From: a virus
Taxonomy: Duplodnaviria > Caudoviricetes
Strand: one strand, 5' to 3'
Virus record (IMG/VR): IMGVR_UViG_3300044624_003554
Span: 1-64,000 of that record
Length of the DNA: 64,000 nt
Position 1 is the first letter of the stretch. Every line of letters starts with the position of its first letter. Below are positions 58,901 through 64,000 of this stretch, one piece after another. The position numbers were made by a program, and so were the translations under genes. The notes under the pieces are model-generated. The model saw only the letters and a program-made list of their open reading frames with translations, did no database searches and was not told the origin of the DNA.

Positions 58901-61900
58901 GGAATTTTCTCTTAAGTTCAGCTTCTGTTTTAATCCTATTTAATTCTGCTTCAGGTTCTTGAGCTTTTTGCGCAAATTTCAATTGCTCTATTATTTCAAA
59001 TAGATCTATTCCCTCTGGCATGTTCAATAAATTGCCAATAATATTATTTGTTAATTCTTTTGCAATTGGTGAAAACTTTTTCGCACTATCCATTAATTTT
59101 TTTATAAATGGATCGTTTCTAGTTACTTCTCCATCACCATCAACATCTTCAGCCGCAAAATTTGGTACGTATCCTACCGCTGCAGTTTTGCCCACATTTG
59201 TACTTCCCATTGTGTCGTACATAGTATGCAAGCCACCTTTGCTGCCAGCAATTCTATTAAATTCTTCGACATTTAATTTTAAAACTTCTGCATATGGATC
59301 TCCACCTTTAAATAATTCTTTAGTTTTCTGTATCAAAAATTTTTGCATTACTTCGTTAACTTTGAAGTTGCCAGCATAAATATCGTAAAGTCTTATTGAG
59401 TCTGGTCCATATTTTTGCTTATAAGCTTTTAAGATATTATCCGCAGCTTTTTGGGCCATAGCTTCGGATAAACCAAATGCAAACATTTGTTCCTGTGGTT
59501 TTTTGCTAAGAGCTTGTGTGACAAACTCATCTACACCAGAACCGCCAACCACCTCACGCTCAAAGCCAGCAAGTTTAGTTTCGTCACCCGTTTGAGGATA
59601 TGTTAACAATTTACCAATGTCAGTAAATGAAATTGCATTTTGCTTAAATAAGCTTGAATTTTGTTTTTCAAATTGTTTCAAAGCTTGATTTACGTTGTAT
59701 TCTTGTGCAATTTTTTCAGCACCTGGTTTATAGAATATTTTTTGACCCAGTTCGTCTTTAGACTTTGGAATTAAGAATTTTCCACTTTGACCGCTACCAA
59801 CTTCTGTAAAATTAGGATCTTCATAAAGCATTCCAACTCCCTTGCCCATCAGCTGCTTTGTGTCAGAAAAATTTGGAATAAAACCTTCTACCGCAGTTTT
59901 TGCAACATCATAAGTTTGAAGCGACTTTTCAAAATTAATATTCTCCCAATCAGAAACTCCAAAATCTCTTAAAGTCTCTAAAATAGTTCTGAGATTTTGA
60001 AACTCAGCTTGGTTTGCAACAACCATTTTCTTTTTAATTTTATCGTAAGTAAAATTAGATTTTATTTTTTTTGCAAGAAATGGATTTTTTTCAGATAATT
60101 TATTTAATTTGTTTTCAATTCCATATTCGCCTTTCCAGCCTGTAATGAATGCGGTGCTTGTTCTACCATATTTATCTTCTTTGGTTTTTTCATAAGAACC
60201 ATATGGATATTCACTTTTTTCAATTATTGAAAGAACGTCAGAAGCATTAAATTTAGTTTTATAGAACGTAGAATCTTCTCCTTCAGATGGACGTTTTTTA
60301 GGATCTTTTAATACAATTCTATCCAATTTAGATTTACCAACTCTTTTGAGTTTATCTGGAGTTTCAAGAGGCATGACAAATCTCCTTTCCTCTTGAAGCT
60401 TGTCAACTTTTAATTTATCTGGAGCAAGTAAATTTCCGTATTGATCTATGTCAACACTTTTTCCTAAAGCTAAAAATTCTGCATCGTCTCGACCTATTGT
60501 AGTCATTATAGCAGATATTTTAGTTTTTAATCTTTTTGTTAGTTCGTCTATGACTACTGGTCTAAATTGAGTAACTAGTTTTGATATTTTACTTTCTTCA
60601 CTTGGAGCATTGATTGAACGAACTCCAGCGCTGGCTTTTGTTTGATATATTTGAGCCCAAACATCTTGCATGTTTCTATTTTTAGCAATAATGTCAAATA
60701 TTTGACCTAATTTTTCATACTTTAATTCCCTTGCAAAACCACTAACCTCTCCAGTTACGACTTTATTTTCATCTGTTTTAATTTCTGGCATTTCGCCAAA
60801 AGCAGTTTTGTTAGTTTTGCCAGTTTTATAATTTGCAAATGCTGACATTAACCTTCCATAATAAGCTTTATCAAGATTTCCATCGCTACCAACTAAATGA
60901 TAATTTGGCCCTAAAATAGAAGCCGCCATATCATTTTTAATTTTATTAATGTCTAAATTTTCATTGTTTTTTGTTCCAGCTAAATCAGTTGTATATGTTT
61001 CGTCACCGCCAAGTCTATACTTTAACTGTTCAAGAGTAGCTGTTTTCACCCTATCACCAAAAGTCATTAATGGTGCATTTTTTAGTTCTTTTATTGCAAA
61101 ATTGGGAACGTAACCTTCGGATGCAATGAAGGCCGAATCACTAGGTAAAACTAAATTAATTGTCTTTAAATCAATTTCATCTTTTTTTGGTTTTTTCCCA
61201 ACTCCATTATTTGCAATATTATTTTTAGGTTGGTTGCTTAACCAATTATTCACTCCCTTTCTTAAAACATCGAAAGCTGATTGTTTCGCTCTCGTTCTTA
61301 CTTCTGTTTGATTTGGCAAATCAAAATAAGAATTTCCAGATGTTAAATTTTTCTTTAACGCTTTGGAGGCAGCTATTTCTCCGATAACTCCCTGAATTCT
61401 AAATTTTAAAGCTTTAAATTTATCACTATAATCTTTTTTGTTTTTAGGATCTACAGTTTGATACAGAGACTCAATTGCGGATAGCGAAGATCGATCAACG
61501 CCAGCTTTACTCCATTCAGTAAAATACTCATCTTTTATTTGGGAATTTTTATATCCATTCTTTTTATTTCCAATTAATCTTTTTGCAATTCTGTCAGATT
61601 CAGATCTGAAAAAACCAATAGTCTGATCTTGTTTTTCTTCATTTTTTCCTAATCTTTTAACTTTGATTCTTGCTTTAAATTCATCAAATGGGTCTGCATA
61701 TTTTGCATTTTTTAAATTTTTAAAATCTCCAACTTGTTGTTTTTTAATTGTGGATTCTATTGCAAAATTTGGAATATAACCCTGAGAGGCAGTTTTTATT
61801 TTTTCCTGCGGATTTACTTTAACTTGAGCTAGAAGTTTAGCCTTTAAAGATTCTCCACCATTCTCAGAAAGCTGTTGTATGAATTTTGTACCAAGTTCGT

Positions 61901-63998
61901 CATTAAGAGCTTTTTCTGAGGATTTAATTTCGACATACTCCCAAAACTTTTTCGGCAATCCATATTGTTCTGCAATGTCTGGCTTTAATCCATATATGTC
62001 AAATCTACTATTTGAATCATTAAAGAATTGACCAAAATTATCATCTTCTGCAGACATGTTTGCCATTTTAAGCATTGTCTCGAAAAATGTTCCCGCCATG
62101 CTGTCGTTAACGAAATCGAATTTTCTTCCACTTTTCATCAAATACTGCATTGTTGCAGTCGGCTTTATGCCCAAAGAACTCAATTCATCTTTTATGAAAG
62201 TTCCAATTTGAGGACTTAATGCGTCATTTGCTTTTTTGATAAAGTGATTTTTAATGTCTTGTTCACTTGCCTCAAGTGAGTCTAAATTTTCATCGCGCCT
62301 TCTATAAATATTTCCAACATCTACGTTTGAGAAATTAAGTTTGCTATAATTTGATAATGCGTTTGATAAAGCTGGATCTTTTATTTGAGAAAGAATTTGC
62401 GGCGTTATTTCTTTCGACCTGACAGCCTTCCTTCCAGTTCCACCTATCGTTAACCCAGCAAACGAATAAGAACCTCCATCAATAGTTAAACTCTTTAATA
62501 GATTTTCTTTTTGCTTTTCTTTTTCTTTTTCCTCTGCAAAATTTGGAACATATCCAAGGGCCGAAAATAAAGTTGGTTTTCCAGTTCTTGTTTTTGAATA
62601 AGAAGGCACAACGAAATCACCCATCGGAGTTTTGTATACAGACTCCATTGAGTTAACTATCATTGTTCCCCTGCCTTCTGTTGGGCCAAAATTAAAATTT
62701 GAAATTTCTTTTATTGAAGCTCCCGCTGGGGCTTCTTGCATTTCCATTTTTCTAGCAACATCTTTAGGCATATATCCACCAGCAGCAGTTTTTGCTTTGA
62801 CATTTTTCGTTCCTTCTTCAGTTAATCTAATTCCACCTTCATAAACTGATGGTCCAATGTCTTTACTTAATTTAGACATTTTTTCCAAGGTCGCGGCTTG
62901 TTTTGAATACAAACTTAAAAGATATTCAGCCTGTGCGGTTTTATTGCCTTCTAAAGAAACAATTTTACTTTGAACCGCTGTATTTTGAAGCAATAAACCC
63001 AGTATAGATTTTTCTATATCTTGTTGTTCTTTTTTAACATTAGTTACGCCGAGTTGATTCTTTAAACTGTCAACTCCAAATTTAGCAAGATCGCCAAAAA
63101 GCTTAATACCAAGACCAGCAATTAAAAGAGCACCTGGACCTGTGATAACTGCACCTATTCCCTTAACAATTGCCTTTCCAATTGTTGCGCCACCTTCTTC
63201 TCCACCAGAAATACTTTCATTTAAAGATTCGAGAAAAGAAGAGGTCTTATTTAAAATAGATCTAAAATCATCTGAAAAAGCAACCTTGCCAATCGTTGCG
63301 GCAAATTGAGTTCCAGAGGTCGTTAATCTATCAAACGAAGCCTGAACTGTTTTATTTAATTCATCTAGCTTTTTAAAACCTTGATTGCCTGCGTTTGTCG
63401 ATTGTTCTAAACTTCTATTAAATGTGCCATTAGCGTTTGATATATCATTAAGAAGTGCAGCTAATTTATCAATTTGAAAACCGCCACCGATTTTTATTAA
63501 AAGACCTTTTCTTGTTGCAGAATCTAAGTTTTGAAATTCGTCTGCAAGTTTTTTAATGATTGTTGTAGCTGGAAGAATGTCGCCACTAGCATCATTTACT
63601 GCAATACCTAAATTTCTAATATAATCAAGATTTTCAGTAGTCTGAACTCTTTGGAAAATTGTTTTTAAAGCGTTACCGATAACAGCTCCACCACGTGCAG
63701 TTTTTTCTTGCAATGTGGTAATTAAAGCTGTTAATTCATCAAATGAAACTCCAGCTTCTTGAGCTACGGAAGCTGAACGGGAAATACCCTCAATTAAATC
63801 TCTTGAACTAACTGCAAATTTAGTATCAACTGCAGCTAATTTATTTACGACAGTTTCGTAATCTAAGCCAACTTGATTAAATGACAAAACAGCAGCAGTA
63901 AGACCCTTTACCGCCTCTGCCGCATCTAAACCAGTTGTTCTAGTTAATACTAATGCTGCCTTTGCTTTCATCAAGGAATCTTCTAGAGTTCCGCCTTG
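52992..63998 (-). CDS. Tape measure protein (TP901-type), >3660 aa, start outside window, carrying inserted cassettes
   Basis: N-terminal LTAAVLSF..VVNKLAAVD..SASVAQEAGVSFDE..RGGAVIGNALKTIF; TM-like segments; C-terminal AxGG..DxVPAML.GGE(Y/F)V motif x2; frame open to the window edge. Confidence 0.88.
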   Translation of the reverse strand, partial: QGGTLEDSLMKAKAALVLTRTTGLDAAEAVKGLTAAVLSFNQVGLDYETVVNKLAAVDTKFAVSSRDLIEGISRSASVAQEAGVSFDELTALITTLQEKTARGGAVIGNALKTIFQRVQTTENLDYIRNLGIAVNDASGDILPATTIIKKLADEFQNLDSATRKGLLIKIGGGFQIDKLAALLNDISNANGTFNRSLEQSTNAGNQGFKKLDELNKTVQASFDRLTTSGTQFAATIGKVAFSDDFRSILNKTSSFLESLNESISGGEEGGATIGKAIVKGIGAVITGPGALLIAGLGIKLFGDLAKFGVDSLKNQLGVTNVKKEQQDIEKSILGLLLQNTAVQSKIVSLEGNKTAQAEYLLSLYSKQAATLEKMSKLSKDIGPSVYEGGIRLTEEGTKNVKAKTAAGGYMPKDVARKMEMQEAPAGASIKEISNFNFGPTEGRGTMIVNSMESVYKTPMGDFVVPSYSKTRTGKPTLFSALGYVPNFAEEKEKEKQKENLLKSLTIDGGSYSFAGLTIGGTGRKAVRSKEITPQILSQIKDPALSNALSNYSKLNFSNVDVGNIYRRRDENLDSLEASEQDIKNHFIKKANDALSPQIGTFIKDELSSLGIKPTATMQYLMKSGRKFDFVNDSMAGTFFETMLKMANMSAEDDNFGQFFNDSNSRFDIYGLKPDIAEQYGLPKKFWEYVEIKSSEKALNDELGTKFIQQLSENGGESLKAKLLAQVKVNPQEKIKTASQGYIPNFAIESTIKKQQVGDFKNLKNAKYADPFDEFKARIKVKRLGKNEEKQDQTIGFFRSESDRIAKRLIGNKKNGYKNSQIKDEYFTEWSKAGVDRSSLSAIESLYQTVDPKNKKDYSDKFKALKFRIQGVIGEIAASKALKKNLTSGNSYFDLPNQTEVRTRAKQSAFDVLRKGVNNWLSNQPKNNIANNGVGKKPKKDEIDLKTINLVLPSDSAFIASEGYVPNFAIKELKNAPLMTFGDRVKTATLEQLKYRLGGDETYTTDLAGTKNNENLDINKIKNDMAASILGPNYHLVGSDGNLDKAYYGRLMSAFANYKTGKTNKTAFGEMPEIKTDENKVVTGEVSGFARELKYEKLGQIFDIIAKNRNMQDVWAQIYQTKASAGVRSINAPSEESKISKLVTQFRPVVIDELTKRLKTKISAIMTTIGRDDAEFLALGKSVDIDQYGNLLAPDKLKVDKLQEERRFVMPLETPDKLKRVGKSKLDRIVLKDPKKRPSEGEDSTFYKTKFNASDVLSIIEKSEYPYGSYEKTKEDKYGRTSTAFITGWKGEYGIENKLNKLSEKNPFLAKKIKSNFTYDKIKKKMVVANQAEFQNLRTILETLRDFGVSDWENINFEKSLQTYDVAKTAVEGFIPNFSDTKQLMGKGVGMLYEDPNFTEVGSGQSGKFLIPKSKDELGQKIFYKPGAEKIAQEYNVNQALKQFEKQNSSLFKQNAISFTDIGKLLTYPQTGDETKLAGFEREVVGGSGVDEFVTQALSKKPQEQMFAFGLSEAMAQKAADNILKAYKQKYGPDSIRLYDIYAGNFKVNEVMQKFLIQKTKELFKGGDPYAEVLKLNVEEFNRIAGSKGGLHTMYDTMGSTNVGKTAAVGYVPNFAAEDVDGDGEVTRNDPFIKKLMDSAKKFSPIAKELTNNIIGNLLNMPEGIDLFEIIEQLKFAQKAQEPEAELNRIKTEAELKRKFPKKMKRREDFLKYGYKGPPPEDAPERTAAKGYIPNFSKQAILNAIDREQKESGLPLSAIKVVQDARVRGPQNPDGYAVINNRDEPDGRVPNFSAPSGMNGDLFNAIKEALENLKYSSTDLDTAFKKIAENLGVSGEAVYQVFDKITSSGNEVTNTNQKESKASTQNTVQEGKDAQNRKTTNEKQTKTVQDSLYTLIKWQSAISLVSGAISSLGESGKVAAEVLSELSSVVLLFTQGKEVLEGFTKDRSSGVGKALRLGGAGREGAPSLGSSLSIAGNFSRVAGTAGVGVSGAIGGIAAGLAGPAAAIYATYKILDIGNSVYKKYGETVDRTADALGRLNDIQKTYTLNLTEEQKAKSESFVKKVGTFEAATAFDRTFNFQNINPLDKTKKTKNALESLGLEGSVNTGILSGLTQMVQPDAEREFTTERKKGNKKITQTEIIDKMVAEKINEIADKSMIKFGSFAEMQAFQKRSDVPTNSRLNLQLEEVDKSKTFKDFKEKINSKVKANELTIDEANKEIKEFVAKQVSSGRIDFDKFFGNLQKSFQDNAKKVGVENLVKTFIAESFLIPAETLKAQINVFGELQKVILSYASAEENNLALKKELLTVNAQEKANLEAELRLKQEERQTNEQLGSAAFDFVKNIQNTAITRLGTSLPENYATTRTAAMEKFAQNVYNPQTTDEQRIKFAQDEVKAIKSSVNGSKELSAEKKQYLSYLEQEVRQLEFSQKLTRSQQAARRDAILIENQRLAIATKDNFIETTIRESLTARLSINQKLLDQDRQRLDIVRKISDIQYETRTLATPNQDPSVKERLDLERSLATSGPRQMEDYQIQRQSALLADRLNALNIAFQRGANASDVQKITEAQDYQSLEQALQTVLDKEAQSINDRVIKAGDAFFIKAQEAGKAVGEEIFKILNSVSESDIQAQINIAKGFESSNDYFNQIERSGAVTPAARIAAGRVFKEELPTSARTESGLPARAAAAPNLMIGQTFVQDPKALINAQTEQTIKQLIFAQEKRALDRKLELTAAEITNAQKAIDLRKEERDWQQKLRDSAFEFYQTQLSPYQAEKSAAYRNIGEERTRGLQENTDRMQERSLQSRQAGIKTLQSRGASLSEINSFLTGEKTGPEILKSIEDRNIDKMYGLEKDPFAEQVVEAAKEFRQIILGAGASFVTGKKIAQNESKPEGLDLKTLGFGSKTTEEGKAFPSPIDKVQSNSRNEELKFSLKKAELEKYREDFNALSPQAEIIKNQTGPISADQEAILKYTEELPIKIEELTLALKEKAQQEKDKFSQKNASLVFNQDQPLPFVDRAQNINQLALNKTRTVNERFAQEEQFGKGFRSGLRDIDDEITKFQGKLGKQIPTDFRNGLVDAMRVLSDPSSTASLGERLMGVASAFVNKINEALMTNAANRITSGIFGNGQAGTGLAGALGFASGGEIEGGSGVKDDVPAMLMGGEYVIRKDVVNKYGKDFFEKLNSGKLKGFAAGGPVMPYGMQETDLNDLIRNPNKYTTYGENRMAGLSFDQSGKVTGIENYQGKEEDKQDALLKAQTNFYNQNQQTGQNGFFMPGSYGQGAIIGQKNLLSFATQETVGTQYDKISSSGNSASIDIAGGSGNLSLFALRDQGNVRNTQYLESKNKALDLYFQDYQTSKDKIRMDFENEKEYKRQMEEWEKAKKEAKKQAQRALVTQLATTAIMAGVSYAGSAMSKGVSATKQAAALQGRTATFGEKFTGAFTGGSFGGESRGGLANIFNSSATKDFSTIGAGALGQQGGGLYSWNNKTNSYSRMSMDTYNAQFPLGASYDKLGTPTALNSGTYFDSFYGRNRSVYNGRTAPMAIPVVRRAAGGYVAGNGMGDNVPAMLNGGEFVVSKQAAQKTGYGNLQKLNSTGEISGNTGEMASRIEAKLEELVEKIAGVGTINISVNSDGKGEKTENQNSDSRQDQQNKELARRIKEVVLTVLKDERRLGGMLR
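58626..62786 (-). repeat. Eight copies of the AxxG(Y/F)xPNF-type linker within the TMP
   Basis: Cores at 62763-62780, 62538-62555, 61764-61781, 61098-61115, 59868-59885, 59157-59174, 58794-58811, 58626-58643. Confidence 0.9.
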
Positions 63999-64000
63999 AC

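Noticed and set aside
54379-62844. Multiple short plus-strand ORFs opposite the TMP
   Set aside because: Typical antisense shadows, with no start context or recognisable products.
1-64000. Stop-codon reassignment (as in some large phages)
   Set aside because: Standard-code ORFs tile the window densely, recognisable enzymes are full length, and TAA, TAG and TGA all occur as true stops.
1-64000. Eukaryotic giant virus (NCLDV) or bacterial chromosome origin of the window
   Set aside because: Gmd and GTs occur in NCLDVs, but lambda-like tail genes, a TMP, a family-C polymerase, a sigma factor and sigma70 promoters indicate a tailed phage; no ribosomal or core cellular operons are present.

Overview
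AT-rich, densely coding 64-kb segment of a large tailed dsDNA phage in the standard genetic code. The lambda-J-like tail tip, gpM-like minor tail protein and TP901-type tape measure point to a siphovirus-like tail. Left to right: tail tip protein (5'-truncated); a minus-strand block (GNAT, SSAP-like protein, two glycosyltransferases); plus-strand tail fibre/virion genes with a holin-like ORF; a long minus-strand replication/metabolism block (APH-fold protein, ClpC-type ATPase, DnaE split into PHP + DEDDh exonuclease + polymerase genes, PD-(D/E)XK nuclease, primase, DnaB, RecA, Gmd, methyl/glycosyltransferases, class Ia RNR); a divergent intergenic region with a near-consensus sigma70 promoter and mini-hairpins; a plus-strand block (dUTPase, dNMP kinase, sigma factor, SSB, GT, Hsp20); and a minus-strand tail operon containing a >3660-aa tape measure protein (TMP) that runs off the right edge. 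The most notable observation is in the TMP: a ~1,385-aa insert cut into cassettes by a repeated (T/S)AxxG(Y/F)(I/V)PNF linker. One cassette has protein-kinase-fold motifs and two have PD-(D/E)XK-like motifs, suggesting an effector array ejected into the host with the DNA. No tRNA, rRNA, CRISPR array, IS, intron or intein was recognised. All family assignments come from motif recognition by eye; no searches were run.
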